Under the pieces are notes generated by a model, which had not been told where the DNA came from, made no database searches, and saw only the letters and a program-made list of their open reading frames with translations. Both the position numbers and the translations under genes were made by a program. From Escherichia coli (GTDB lineage: Bacteria > Pseudomonadota > Gammaproteobacteria > Enterobacterales > Enterobacteriaceae): DNA of 64,000 nucleotides. The DNA lies in the NCBI RefSeq assembly GCF_044324875.1, contig NZ_CP172185.1. One strand, 5' to 3'. Positions 1-11,734 of this stretch are shown here, in pieces. The stretch's first letter is position 1. Every line of letters begins with the position of its first letter.

Positions 1-830
1 CGGGAAGCCCTTTTACCGGCGAACGTACTTTACCGCCGGAAGTGATGGCCAATATCGAAGCGAAATATCATCTTAATGATCCGATCATGACACAGTATTT
101 CAGCTACCTGAAACAACTGGCGCATGGCGATTTCGGTCCATCGTTTAAATATAAAGATTATTCGGTCAACGACCTGGTTGCATCCAGTTTTCCCGTTTCT
201 GCCAAACTGGGAGCCGCAGCATTTTTCCTTGCGGTAATACTGGGTGTTAGTGCTGGCGTTATTGCAGCATTAAAACAAAACACCAAATGGGACTATACCG
301 TGATGGGGCTGGCAATGACCGGGGTTGTTATCCCCAGTTTTGTGGTTGCGCCATTATTAGTCATGATATTTGCGATCATTTTGCATTGGCTGCCGGGCGG
401 TGGCTGGAATGGTGGTGCGCTTAAATTCATGATACTGCCAATGGTGGCGTTGTCACTCGCCTATATCGCCAGTATTGCGCGTATTACCCGTGGCTCTATG
501 ATTGAAGTATTACACTCCAACTTTATTCGTACTGCCCGGGCGAAAGGGTTACCTATGCGGCGGATCATTTTACGCCACGCATTAAAACCTGCTCTGTTAC
601 CCGTGCTCTCCTATATGGGCCCTGCATTTGTCGGCATTATTACCGGTTCTATGGTCATCGAAACCATTTATGGTTTGCCGGGGATTGGGCAATTGTTCGT
701 TAATGGTGCATTGAACCGTGACTATTCCTTAGTGTTAAGCCTGACCATTCTGGTTGGCGCGTTAACCATTTTGTTTAATGCCATTGTCGATGTGCTATAT
801 GCGGTTATCGACCCGAAAATCCGTTACTGA
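1..830 (+). CDS. oppB: oligopeptide ABC transporter permease OppB (5' end cut by window edge)
   Basis: Frame is open from nt 3 to stop at 828-830; translation matches remembered OppB C-terminal two thirds; first gene of opp permease/ATPase run. Confidence 0.9.
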   Translation, partial: GSPFTGERTLPPEVMANIEAKYHLNDPIMTQYFSYLKQLAHGDFGPSFKYKDYSVNDLVASSFPVSAKLGAAAFFLAVILGVSAGVIAALKQNTKWDYTVMGLAMTGVVIPSFVVAPLLVMIFAIILHWLPGGGWNGGALKFMILPMVALSLAYIASIARITRGSMIEVLHSNFIRTARAKGLPMRRIILRHALKPALLPVLSYMGPAFVGIITGSMVIETIYGLPGIGQLFVNGALNRDYSLVLSLTILVGALTILFNAIVDVLYAVIDPKIRY

Positions 831-844
831 TACTGGAGCTCGCG

Positions 845-1753
845 ATGATGTTAAGTAAGAAAAACAGCGAGACGCTGGAAAATTTCAGTGAAAAGCTGGA
901 GGTCGAAGGGCGCAGCTTGTGGCAGGACGCACGTCGACGTTTTATGCATAACCGTGCGGCGGTTGCCAGTCTGATAGTGCTGGTGCTGATCGCGTTATTT
1001 GTCATCCTGGCACCGATGCTTTCGCAGTTTGCCTATGACGATACTGACTGGGCGATGATGTCCAGCGCCCCGGATATGGAGTCCGGTCACTACTTTGGAA
1101 CTGACTCATCCGGTCGCGATCTGCTTGTGCGCGTTGCGATTGGCGGGCGTATCTCACTCATGGTCGGTGTTGCTGCGGCACTGGTGGCAGTGGTCGTCGG
1201 GACACTTTACGGTTCGCTTTCCGGTTATCTGGGCGGTAAAGTGGATTCGGTAATGATGCGTCTGCTGGAAATCCTCAACTCCTTCCCATTCATGTTCTTC
1301 GTCATTTTGCTGGTGACCTTTTTCGGTCAAAACATCCTGCTGATTTTCGTGGCGATAGGCATGGTTTCCTGGCTGGATATGGCTCGTATTGTGCGTGGGC
1401 AAACCCTGAGTCTGAAGCGCAAAGAGTTTATTGAGGCGGCACAAGTTGGCGGTGTATCGACGTCGGGCATTGTTATTCGCCACATTGTGCCGAACGTACT
1501 CGGTGTGGTGGTGGTCTACGCATCACTTCTGGTGCCCAGCATGATCCTCTTTGAATCTTTCCTTAGCTTCCTGGGGTTGGGTACGCAAGAGCCGTTAAGC
1601 AGCTGGGGTGCATTGCTGAGTGATGGCGCGAACTCGATGGAAGTCTCTCCATGGTTATTGTTGTTCCCAGCGGGATTCCTCGTGGTGACGCTATTTTGTT
1701 TCAACTTTATCGGCGATGGCTTGCGTGATGCCCTCGACCCGAAAGATCGTTAA
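845..1753 (+). CDS. oppC: oligopeptide ABC transporter permease OppC
   Basis: 302-aa ORF, polytopic membrane protein, position between oppB and oppD. Confidence 0.93.
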   Translation: MMLSKKNSETLENFSEKLEVEGRSLWQDARRRFMHNRAAVASLIVLVLIALFVILAPMLSQFAYDDTDWAMMSSAPDMESGHYFGTDSSGRDLLVRVAIGGRISLMVGVAAALVAVVVGTLYGSLSGYLGGKVDSVMMRLLEILNSFPFMFFVILLVTFFGQNILLIFVAIGMVSWLDMARIVRGQTLSLKRKEFIEAAQVGGVSTSGIVIRHIVPNVLGVVVVYASLLVPSMILFESFLSFLGLGTQEPLSSWGALLSDGANSMEVSPWLLLFPAGFLVVTLFCFNFIGDGLRDALDPKDR

Positions 1754-1764
1754 GGAGTGCAGCC

Positions 1765-2778
1765 ATGAGCGTAATTGAAACTGCAACTGTGCCGCTCGCA
1801 CAACAACAGGCTGACGCACTGCTGAACGTGAAAGATTTGCGTGTCACCTTTAGTACCCCGGACGGCGACGTCACGGCGGTCAATGATTTGAATTTTTCCC
1901 TACGTGCCGGAGAAACGCTGGGCATTGTAGGTGAGTCTGGTTCGGGTAAATCGCAAACTGCATTTGCGTTGATGGGCCTGTTGGCTGCCAACGGACGTAT
2001 TGGCGGATCGGCAACCTTCAATGGGCGTGAAATCCTCAATTTGCCAGAGCATGAACTCAATAAACTGCGCGCTGAACAAATCTCAATGATTTTTCAGGAC
2101 CCAATGACTTCGTTGAATCCCTATATGCGTGTCGGTGAGCAGTTGATGGAAGTGCTGATGCTGCATAAGAACATGAGCAAAGCTGAGGCGTTTGAAGAGT
2201 CGGTGCGGATGCTCGATGCGGTAAAAATGCCGGAAGCACGTAAACGCATGAAAATGTACCCGCATGAATTTTCTGGTGGCATGCGTCAGCGAGTCATGAT
2301 TGCGATGGCATTGCTATGTCGACCTAAGCTGCTGATTGCGGATGAACCCACTACTGCGCTGGACGTCACCGTACAGGCGCAGATCATGACGCTATTAAAT
2401 GAACTGAAGCGGGAATTTAATACCGCCATCATTATGATCACCCACGATCTTGGCGTGGTGGCGGGGATCTGCGACAAAGTGCTGGTAATGTACGCCGGGC
2501 GCACGATGGAATATGGCAATGCGCGCGATGTCTTTTATCAACCCGTTCATCCTTATTCTATCGGTTTGCTCAACGCGGTGCCGCGTCTCGATGCGGAAGG
2601 TGAAACAATGTTGACCATCCCGGGTAATCCGCCAAACTTGCTGCGATTACCGAAAGGTTGCCCGTTCCAGCCACGTTGTCCACATGCGATGGAAATTTGT
2701 AGTAGCGCACCGCCGCTGGAAGAGTTTACGCCTGGCCGTCTGCGTGCTTGCTTTAAACCGGTGGAGGAACTGTTATGA
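1765..2778 (+). CDS. oppD: oligopeptide ABC transporter ATP-binding protein OppD
   Basis: 337 aa; Walker [12 protein letters not shown] signature FSGGMRQR, Walker B LLIADEPT; 4-nt overlap with oppF. Confidence 0.95.
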   Translation: MSVIETATVPLAQQQADALLNVKDLRVTFSTPDGDVTAVNDLNFSLRAGETLGIVGESGSGKSQTAFALMGLLAANGRIGGSATFNGREILNLPEHELNKLRAEQISMIFQDPMTSLNPYMRVGEQLMEVLMLHKNMSKAEAFEESVRMLDAVKMPEARKRMKMYPHEFSGGMRQRVMIAMALLCRPKLLIADEPTTALDVTVQAQIMTLLNELKREFNTAIIMITHDLGVVAGICDKVLVMYAGRTMEYGNARDVFYQPVHPYSIGLLNAVPRLDAEGETMLTIPGNPPNLLRLPKGCPFQPRCPHAMEICSSAPPLEEFTPGRLRACFKPVEELL

Positions 2779-3779
2779 ATGCTGTAACTGAAGGAAGAAA
2801 AGTCCTCCTTGAAATCGCCGATCTGAAAGTGCACTTTGAAATCAAAGATGGCAAACAGTGGTTCTGGCAACCGCCGAAAACGCTCAAAGCCGTCGATGGT
2901 GTCACTCTTCGCCTGTATGAAGGGGAAACATTAGGTGTGGTAGGGGAGTCGGGATGCGGTAAGTCCACCTTTGCTCGCGCCATCATCGGTTTGGTCAAGG
3001 CGACCGACGGTCATGTTGCCTGGTTAGGTAAAGAGTTGCTGGGCATGAAGCCCGATGAATGGCGTGCCGTTCGCAGTGATATTCAGATGATTTTCCAGGA
3101 TCCGTTGGCATCGCTAAACCCGCGTATGACCATCGGCGAGATTATCGCTGAACCGCTGCGTACCTATCATCCGAAAATGTCACGCCAGGAAGTTCGCGAG
3201 CGCGTGAAGGCGATGATGCTGAAAGTCGGGTTATTGCCTAACCTGATTAACCGCTATCCGCATGAGTTCTCTGGTGGGCAGTGCCAGCGTATCGGGATTG
3301 CTCGTGCTCTTATTCTTGAACCGAAGCTGATTATCTGTGATGAGCCGGTGTCGGCGCTGGACGTGTCAATTCAGGCGCAGGTGGTCAACCTGCTCCAGCA
3401 GCTGCAACGCGAGATGGGATTGTCATTAATTTTTATCGCTCACGACCTGGCCGTGGTAAAACACATTTCCGATCGTGTGCTGGTGATGTATCTCGGCCAT
3501 GCGGTAGAACTGGGGACCTATGATGAGGTCTACCACAATCCACTACATCCTTACACCAGGGCATTGATGTCGGCAGTCCCCATACCTGATCCGGATCTGG
3601 AGAAGAATAAAACCATCCAGTTACTGGAAGGGGAATTACCGTCGCCGATCAACCCGCCTTCCGGTTGTGTTTTCCGTACCCGTTGCCCGATTGCCGGTCC
3701 GGAGTGCGCCAAAACACGTCCTGTTCTGGAGGGGAGTTTCAGACACGCCGTTTCTTGCCTGAAAGTCGATCCGCTTTAA
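2775..3779 (+). CDS. oppF: oligopeptide ABC transporter ATP-binding protein OppF
   Basis: 334 aa; Walker A GESGCGKS, signature FSGGQCQR. Confidence 0.95.
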   Translation: MNAVTEGRKVLLEIADLKVHFEIKDGKQWFWQPPKTLKAVDGVTLRLYEGETLGVVGESGCGKSTFARAIIGLVKATDGHVAWLGKELLGMKPDEWRAVRSDIQMIFQDPLASLNPRMTIGEIIAEPLRTYHPKMSRQEVRERVKAMMLKVGLLPNLINRYPHEFSGGQCQRIGIARALILEPKLIICDEPVSALDVSIQAQVVNLLQQLQREMGLSLIFIAHDLAVVKHISDRVLVMYLGHAVELGTYDEVYHNPLHPYTRALMSAVPIPDPDLEKNKTIQLLEGELPSPINPPSGCVFRTRCPIAGPECAKTRPVLEGSFRHAVSCLKVDPL

Positions 3780-3831
3780 ACACAATAAGGGCTGACAGTT
3801 GTCAGCCCTTTTTCACGCCGAAAGTGATTAT

Positions 3832-5656
<1,825 letters not shown>

Positions 5657-5798
5657 AGATTAGAAATCCTTTTGAAAGCGCATTGTTATGAGTTTACGCA
5701 TATGGATTCATCTGGCAAATAAAAACGCGGGAAAAGCACTGGTCAGCGTCGGGGGCGGGGGTATAATGACCATTCTGTTATTGCATAGAGTAGTTAAC

Positions 5799-5972
5799 AT
5801 GAAGCGGAGTAGAACGGAAGTGGGGCGCTGGCGCATGCAGCGTCAGGCTAGCCGACGTAAATCGCGTTGGCTTGAGGGGCAGTCGCGCCGAAATATGCGT
5901 ATCCACAGCATCAGGAAGTGCATTCTAAACAAACAGCGTAACTCGTTATTGTTTGCGATCTACAATATCTAA
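5799..5972 (+). CDS. yciY: small arginine-rich protein (YciY-like, 57 aa)
   Basis: Internal ATG of ORF 5688-5972; translation MKRSRTEVGRWRMQ... matches my recollection of K-12 YciY; hairpin just downstream; weak SD. Confidence 0.45.
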   Translation: MKRSRTEVGRWRMQRQASRRKSRWLEGQSRRNMRIHSIRKCILNKQRNSLLFAIYNI

Positions 5973-5979
5973 ATGTACT

Positions 5980-5998
5980 GGGCACCATTGCGGTGCCC
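5980..5998. terminator. hairpin between convergent yciY and kch (GGGCACC-attgc-GGTGCCC)
   Basis: 7-bp perfect inverted repeat read directly; weak T tract. Confidence 0.4.
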
Positions 5999-6026
5999 AA
6001 TAAGTTTACTCTTCCGTCTTTAAACT

Positions 6027-7280
6027 CTATTTTTGCGCCGATTCTTTACTGTCAGCTTTCGTTTCTTGTTCATCGTTATCGCTGAAAATACCATGACCTG
6101 AGTTCAACAACATTGAAACGAGCATATCATTATTAATCTCTTCACCATTTAAAACTCGCGCCAGAATTTCGCTGCCAAACAGTTGCGGTGAGAGAATGAT
6201 ATCCGGATGTACCATCTTAATCTTATTCAGGTTTTTGCTATCACTGACGGCGAGAACTGTTTTGACATCACTGCTCATATCTTTTGCCGAGAGTACAACA
6301 AACGCGTTATCTGCATCGTTATCACTCAGCGCCAGAATGGCCCGGCAACGATCGATTCCCGCTTTCTTTAATACTGAACTGTCATTACTGTCACCGGGGA
6401 TAACATCAGCGTTATCGCCTAAGCGTTGCTCAAGTTGCTTGATATCATCTTCAGGCAAGTTGCTGATAACCGTTACGTTTTGTCCGCGTTGATTCAGTTG
6501 CAGGATCGTATTGATGGCGAGAATCGAATGTCCGCAAACAATAAAATGATCTTTACGATGCATTGTATGATTGTTTCCTTTTACAAGTTTGTTGAATCCC
6601 CCGCGGATAAGCGGACCAAAAATTGAGGTCATAGAGGTGGCAAAAACGGTAATGCCGGAAATAATGACCGAAATAGTGAACAATCGTGCTGATTCAGAAA
6701 CAGGGACAATATCGCCATAGCCGACGGTTGACATGGTTTCTATCGAAAAATAGAACGCGGTCATCAAACTTTCTATTCGCGGATTAAAACCTTCGCTTAA
6801 ATAAAGCGCACCGTAGGTGGAGTAAAACAGTAACGTCGTGAAACTAATAAATGCGAAAATTGTCCCGGCTGCGGCGCTACTGTGGGAGAAGTCTTTGCGC
6901 AGTATCAGCAAAAACACCAGCGTAAAAATGCAAAATCCAATACTAAATTTCAGCCAGGGATAAAAATGCAGGGTGTAAATTAGCGCTATCAACAACAAAA
7001 TGATACTGATTGCCCATGCGAGCTTTGCCCGGAACAGTAAGCCAATGGAGTTCAGGACAAGAAAGACGCCGAGCATAAATAGTGGGGCGTTTGCCAGCAA
7101 GGAGAGATCCAACTCTGAAAATGCTTTGATATGGAAAATATCAAGCAAATTGACCGACATACCATAGATTGTTTTAAAAATAAGCAATCCATTTAAAAAG
7201 ACGGCCAGCGCGAGAATGTCGTGCCGTAGGGTCACCCATAAATTTGTTGCTGTTTGTTTGAATGTAGCCCAGTGACTCAC
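6027..7280 (-). CDS. kch: voltage-gated K+ channel Kch
   Basis: TVGYGD selectivity filter plus RCK/TrkA-N domain; 417 aa if the GTG at 7280 (remembered K-12 start) is used, ORF extends to alternative GTG at 7298. Confidence 0.9.
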   Translation of the reverse strand: MSHWATFKQTATNLWVTLRHDILALAVFLNGLLIFKTIYGMSVNLLDIFHIKAFSELDLSLLANAPLFMLGVFLVLNSIGLLFRAKLAWAISIILLLIALIYTLHFYPWLKFSIGFCIFTLVFLLILRKDFSHSSAAAGTIFAFISFTTLLFYSTYGALYLSEGFNPRIESLMTAFYFSIETMSTVGYGDIVPVSESARLFTISVIISGITVFATSMTSIFGPLIRGGFNKLVKGNNHTMHRKDHFIVCGHSILAINTILQLNQRGQNVTVISNLPEDDIKQLEQRLGDNADVIPGDSNDSSVLKKAGIDRCRAILALSDNDADNAFVVLSAKDMSSDVKTVLAVSDSKNLNKIKMVHPDIILSPQLFGSEILARVLNGEEINNDMLVSMLLNSGHGIFSDNDEQETKADSKESAQK

Positions 7281-7537
7281 TGATACCTCTGTAACCACAA
7301 TTTTGTTTAATTATCTCAACGTGCACATTTTCTGAACATACATGCGGCACGTGAATGTGTTAAACAATAGTAGATGACTTTATCCGCAGTAATCAAAGGT
7401 TTTGAGTGAGCAACTCTGCGTCAGGAAAGGGCATTTTTCCTGAATATGCTCACATCATATAAAGAAATACAGATAAAGTTATTATCTGCTTGTGGGGGGG
7501 AATGCACTGACCGACCTATAAGGAAAGGCCAAACAAG

Positions 7538-7562
7538 AACACGGTTGCAAAAACCGTGCCCT
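7538..7562 (-). terminator. yciI intrinsic terminator
   Basis: On minus strand CACGGTT-tttgc-AACCGTG followed by TTCTTGTTT. Confidence 0.5.
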
Positions 7563-7580
7563 TAAATATTGAATCTCTAT

Positions 7581-7877
7581 TCAGAACACTTTCTTAAATG
7601 GTTTCACTGAAACGTGTTCATAGACTCCTGCCGCTACGTACGGGTCAGCATCGGCCCAGGCCTGAGCTGCTTCCAGCGATTCAAATTCAGCAATAACGGT
7701 TGAGCCAGTAAATCCCGCAGCCCCTGGATCGTTACTGTCTACCGCTGGCATTGGACCAGCTGTCAACAAACGACCTTCATCATGCAGTAACTGTAAACGT
7801 GCTAAATGTGCCGGACGAACGGAAAGGCGTTTTTCGAGGCTATCAGCTTTGTCTTGAGCGTAAATAACATACAACAC
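7581..7877 (-). CDS. yciI: YciI-like protein
   Basis: 98 aa from GTG start with AGGAG SD 4 nt upstream; matches remembered YciI. Confidence 0.85.
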
Positions 7878-8032
7878 GGGCACAACTCCTTGTTCGGGAA
7901 AGTTGTAAAGTACGTTATTTGAAAGGGCGAAGATCTGCAACGGAAAGATGATGACTTTGTTAAGACCATGCATAAAGTAAGGTCAATTACGCTAAAAATG
8001 ACATTTTCACTGATCCTGATCGTCTTGCCTTA

Positions 8033-8057
8033 TTGAATATGATTGCTATTTGCATTT
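8033..8057 (+). promoter_or_regulatory. tonB promoter region with Fur-box-like sequence
   Basis: TTGAATATGATTGCTATTTGCATTT lies 45-70 nt upstream of tonB ATG; tonB is a classical Fur target; match to the Fur consensus is partial. Confidence 0.4.
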
Positions 8058-8100
8058 AAAATCGAGGCCTGGTTTTTCTACTGAAATGATTATGACTTCA

Positions 8101-8826
8101 ATGACCCTTGATTTACCTCGCCGCTTCCCCTGGCCGACGTTACTTTCGGTCTGCATTCATGGTGCTGTTGTGGCGGGTCTGCTCTATACCTCGGTACATC
8201 AGGTTATTGAACTACCTGCGCCTGCGCAGCCAATTTCTGTCACGATGGTTGCGCCTGCGGATCTCGAACCGCCACAAGCCGTTCAGCCGCCACCGGAGCC
8301 GGTGGTAGAGCCAGAACCGGAACCTGAGCCGATCCCCGAACCGCCAAAAGAAGCACCGGTGGTCATTGAAAAGCCGAAGCCGAAGCCGAAACCTAAGCCA
8401 AAACCGAAGCCGGTGAAAAAGGTACAGGAGCAGCCAAAACGCGATGTCAAACCCGTAGAGTCGCGTCCGGCATCACCGTTTGAAAATACGGCACCCGCGC
8501 GCCCGACATCAAGTACGGCAACGGCTGCAACCAGCAAGCCGGTTACCAGTGTGGCTTCAGGACCACGCGCATTAAGCCGCAATCAGCCGCAGTATCCGGC
8601 ACGAGCACAGGCATTGCGCATTGAAGGGCAGGTTAAAGTTAAATTTGATGTCACGCCGGATGGTCGCGTGGATAACGTGCAAATCCTCTCAGCCAAGCCT
8701 GCGAACATGTTTGAGCGTGAGGTGAAAAATGCGATGCGCAGATGGCGTTATGAGCCGGGTAAGCCAGGCAGTGGGATTGTGGTGAATATCCTGTTTAAAA
8801 TTAACGGCACCACCGAAATTCAGTAA
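8101..8826 (+). CDS. tonB: energy transducer TonB
   Basis: Start [11 protein letters not shown]; (EP)n and (KP)n proline-rich linker; C-terminal TonB domain; 241 aa here versus 239 aa remembered for K-12. Confidence 0.93.
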   Translation: MTLDLPRRFPWPTLLSVCIHGAVVAGLLYTSVHQVIELPAPAQPISVTMVAPADLEPPQAVQPPPEPVVEPEPEPEPIPEPPKEAPVVIEKPKPKPKPKPKPKPVKKVQEQPKRDVKPVESRPASPFENTAPARPTSSTATAATSKPVTSVASGPRALSRNQPQYPARAQALRIEGQVKVKFDVTPDGRVDNVQILSAKPANMFEREVKNAMRRWRYEPGKPGSGIVVNILFKINGTTEIQ

Positions 8827-8836
8827 GCAGAAAGTC

Positions 8837-8860
8837 AAAAGCCTCCGACCGGAGGCTTTT
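8837..8860. terminator. tonB/yciA bidirectional intrinsic terminator
   Basis: AAAAGCCTCCG-acc-GGAGGCTTTT perfect hairpin with A/T tracts on both sides between convergent genes. Confidence 0.85.
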
Positions 8861-8865
8861 GATTA

Positions 8866-9264
8866 TTACTCAACAGGTAAGGCGCGAGGTTTTCCTTCAG
8901 GATCAACCGCGACATACTTAAATAATGCTTCTGTCGCTTTATAGCGTTGCCCGATGGGTTCAGACGCGACTTTTTTCACCCACACTTCAATATTAATGCT
9001 GACCGATGTCGTCCCTTTCTGGACACAGCGTGCATAGCAGCACACCACATCGCCGACCGCAACCGGCCGTAAGAAAGTCATTCCTTCAACCCGCACAGTC
9101 ACGACGCGACCGTGGGCAATTTCTTTCGCCAGAATAGCGCCGCCAATATCCATTTGTGACATTAACCAACCACCAAAGATGTCACCATTGGCATTGGTAT
9201 CGGCGGGCATGGCTAAAGTACGTAAAACAAGATCGCCCTGAGGGACGTTATGTGTTGTAGACAT
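8866..9264 (-). CDS. yciA: acyl-CoA thioesterase YciA (hotdog fold)
   Basis: 132-aa ORF matches remembered YciA. Confidence 0.92.
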   Translation of the reverse strand: MSTTHNVPQGDLVLRTLAMPADTNANGDIFGGWLMSQMDIGGAILAKEIAHGRVVTVRVEGMTFLRPVAVGDVVCCYARCVQKGTTSVSINIEVWVKKVASEPIGQRYKATEALFKYVAVDPEGKPRALPVE

Positions 9265-9368
9265 GGTAAAACCGACTTAAAAGGAAAATCACAGGCGCGA
9301 TGCTACTATGATTTTCCTGAGGAGAACAGAGGAGATACAGCGCCAGCCCCGAAGGACTGGCAGTCTGG

Positions 9369-9908
9369 TTAGGATTTATCTTCCTGCGGCATGTGGCGGT
9401 AGATATAGATACCGCTTAACAATGTGAAGATTAAGGTAAGGGCGGTCAGGCCAAAGACTTTAAAGTTGACCCAAATATTTTGCGGCAGCCAGAATGCGAT
9501 GTAGATGTTTGCCAGACCGCAAAGGATAAAGAAAACAGCCCAGGCCAGATTCAGCTTCGACCATACCGGTTGCGGCAGCGTGAGTTCTTTACCCAGCATC
9601 CGCTGAATTAGCGGCTTTTTCATCACCCATTGGCTGACTAACAGGGCTCCCGCAAACAGAGCATAAATGACTGTAACCTTCCATTTAATAAACTCATCAT
9701 TGTGGAAGAACAGCGTCAAGCCACCGAAGACGACCACCAGAACAAAAGTGATCAGGGCCATCTTCTCAACCTTACGAAAGCGAACCCAGCTATATATAAG
9801 CACAATCGCCGTGGCGACGATCAGCGCCGCAGTAGCCGCATAGATGTCATAAATCTTGTAAAACGCGAAAAAGACAACCAGCGGTAAAAAATCAAGAAAC
9901 TGCTTCAT
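9369..9908 (-). CDS. yciB: inner membrane protein YciB (intracellular septation protein A family)
   Basis: 179-aa polytopic membrane ORF, conserved position. Confidence 0.9.
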   Translation of the reverse strand: MKQFLDFLPLVVFFAFYKIYDIYAATAALIVATAIVLIYSWVRFRKVEKMALITFVLVVVFGGLTLFFHNDEFIKWKVTVIYALFAGALLVSQWVMKKPLIQRMLGKELTLPQPVWSKLNLAWAVFFILCGLANIYIAFWLPQNIWVNFKVFGLTALTLIFTLLSGIYIYRHMPQEDKS

Positions 9909-9937
9909 TTTACGATTCCGTAATCAAATGCTTAAGG

Positions 9938-10681
9938 TTATTGGCGAATCAACATATACAGGCGGAACAGATAGATGAGCAGTACGGCTGAAATCAGGTT
10001 GCTCAAGGTGTTCGCCAGTACGGCACCAATTTCCGGGGTTAATGCGGCAAAAGAAGAGGCAAAAAGCAGCAACAGTGTCTTTGCCAGCAACCAGCTCAGT
10101 ACTGCGGGTGCCACCAGACGCATATTCGCCCAGGTCAGGCGCATGCTGCTTCGCATCGAGGCAAAAATGCCCATTTTGTCCTGTACCAACATCACCGGTG
10201 CCAGGGCCAATAAAATGGCCATGATAATTCCCGGAACGACCACCAGCATGATGCCAATCTGTACTAAAAGGGTAGTCAGAAAAATCAGAATAAATAACTT
10301 GGGCAATATCGGCGCACTGGCACCAATAGCTCGCAGCGCACTGACTCTCTGACCCGCAGACACCAGCTGGATAATTAATATTACGCCTCCGGCGAGAATG
10401 GCGTTACCGATTAATCCTGAAAAAGTGGACGCCGCTGAAGCCTGCAGCAAAATTTGTTGCTGTTCCGGTGACATATTCTGAACCAGGTCGAACAACCCAC
10501 TACTGCCGCTAACGGGCACGCCGTCATTGAGCTGCGCAAGCTGTGCATCACTGGGTGAGAAAACATGCCCTAACACCACTGTGATAAACGCACATAGCAA
10601 CGATACCAGCAGAATGGTCATAAATTGATTACGGAAGAAATTTCCGGTGTCACGGTATACGGACTGCGCCGTGATAGACAT
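9938..10681 (-). CDS. yciC: UPF0259 membrane protein YciC
   Basis: 247-aa polytopic membrane ORF, conserved position. Confidence 0.9.
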   Translation of the reverse strand: MSITAQSVYRDTGNFFRNQFMTILLVSLLCAFITVVLGHVFSPSDAQLAQLNDGVPVSGSSGLFDLVQNMSPEQQQILLQASAASTFSGLIGNAILAGGVILIIQLVSAGQRVSALRAIGASAPILPKLFILIFLTTLLVQIGIMLVVVPGIIMAILLALAPVMLVQDKMGIFASMRSSMRLTWANMRLVAPAVLSWLLAKTLLLLFASSFAALTPEIGAVLANTLSNLISAVLLIYLFRLYMLIRQ

Positions 10682-10875
10682 GCACTCTCCTTGAGTTTTA
10701 TGCAGGTGTTAATTAGCGGGCAATTGTACCCTGGTTAAGCCTCGGGTGGCAGCATCAGGTCTTGTATGGAAAAGCATATCTTTGTAAAGCGGAGGTAATT
10801 GCTGGCCTTCAGGCGTGGGCAAACCGCGGCAAGTGGCGAACGAGTTAATATTTGCGTAGCGAAAATATTTAAAAA

Positions 10876-10889
10876 TTGATTTAAATCAC
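10876..10889 (+). promoter_or_regulatory. FNR/CRP-family half-site pair TTGAT-ttaa-ATCAC upstream of ompW
   Basis: Close match to FNR consensus TTGAT-N4-ATCAA about 150 nt upstream of ompW ATG; ompW is known to be FNR-activated. Confidence 0.5.
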
Positions 10890-11037
10890 ATTAACCAGGA
10901 TTCTCAATGCAACTTCTAAATTAATCCAGATCAATAAATGGTGAATTATCATATGTAATGTGATCTATGTAGGATCATTTGTTACTCCAATGTAGGTATA
11001 TTCGTCACGTTTTTATAACCATAACGACGGAGCGGAT

Positions 11038-11676
11038 ATGAAAAAGTTAACAGTGGCGGCTTTGGCAGTAACAACTCTTCTCTCTGGCAGTGCCTATGCG
11101 CATGAAGCAGGCGAATTTTTTATGCGTGCAGGGTCTGCAACCGTACGTCCAACAGAAGGTGCTGGTGGTACGTTAGGAAGTCTGGGTGGATTCAGCGTGA
11201 CCAATAACACGCAACTGGGCCTGACGTTTACTTATATGGCGACCGATAACATTGGTGTGGAATTGCTGGCAGCGACGCCGTTCCGCCATAAAATCGGCAC
11301 CCGGGCGACCGGCGATATTGCAACCGTTCATCATCTGCCGCCAACACTGATGGCGCAGTGGTATTTTGGTGATGCCAGCAGCAAATTCCGTCCTTACGTT
11401 GGTGCAGGTATTAACTACACCACCTTCTTTGATAATGGATTTAACGATCATGGCAAAGAGGCGGGGCTTTCCGATCTCAGTCTGAAAGACTCCTGGGGAG
11501 CTGCCGGGCAGGTGGGGGTTGATTATCTGATTAACCGTGACTGGTTGGTTAACATGTCAGTCTGGTACATGGATATCGATACCACTGCCAATTATAAACT
11601 GGGCGGTGCACAGCAACACGATAGCGTACGCCTCGATCCGTGGGTGTTTATGTTCTCAGCAGGATATCGTTTTTAA
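11038..11676 (+). CDS. ompW: outer membrane protein W
   Basis: 212 aa; signal peptide MKKLTVAALAVTTLLSGSAYA; beta-barrel, C-terminal aromatic residue. Confidence 0.95.
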   Translation: MKKLTVAALAVTTLLSGSAYAHEAGEFFMRAGSATVRPTEGAGGTLGSLGGFSVTNNTQLGLTFTYMATDNIGVELLAATPFRHKIGTRATGDIATVHHLPPTLMAQWYFGDASSKFRPYVGAGINYTTFFDNGFNDHGKEAGLSDLSLKDSWGAAGQVGVDYLINRDWLVNMSVWYMDIDTTANYKLGGAQQHDSVRLDPWVFMFSAGYRF

Positions 11677-11690
11677 TTCCGCACAAAAAT

Positions 11691-11710
11691 GACCCCGTAA
11701 TTACGGGGTC
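11691..11710. terminator. ompW/yciE bidirectional terminator hairpin
   Basis: GACCCCGTAA-TTACGGGGTC perfect palindrome between convergent genes. Confidence 0.75.
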
Positions 11711-11734
11711 AATAAGGACATGGTATAAAGGGTA

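Noticed and set aside
8283-8582. 99-aa Gly-rich ORF antisense to tonB
   Set aside because: It is the reverse-complement reading of the Pro/Lys/Glu repeat region of tonB; low-complexity artefact.
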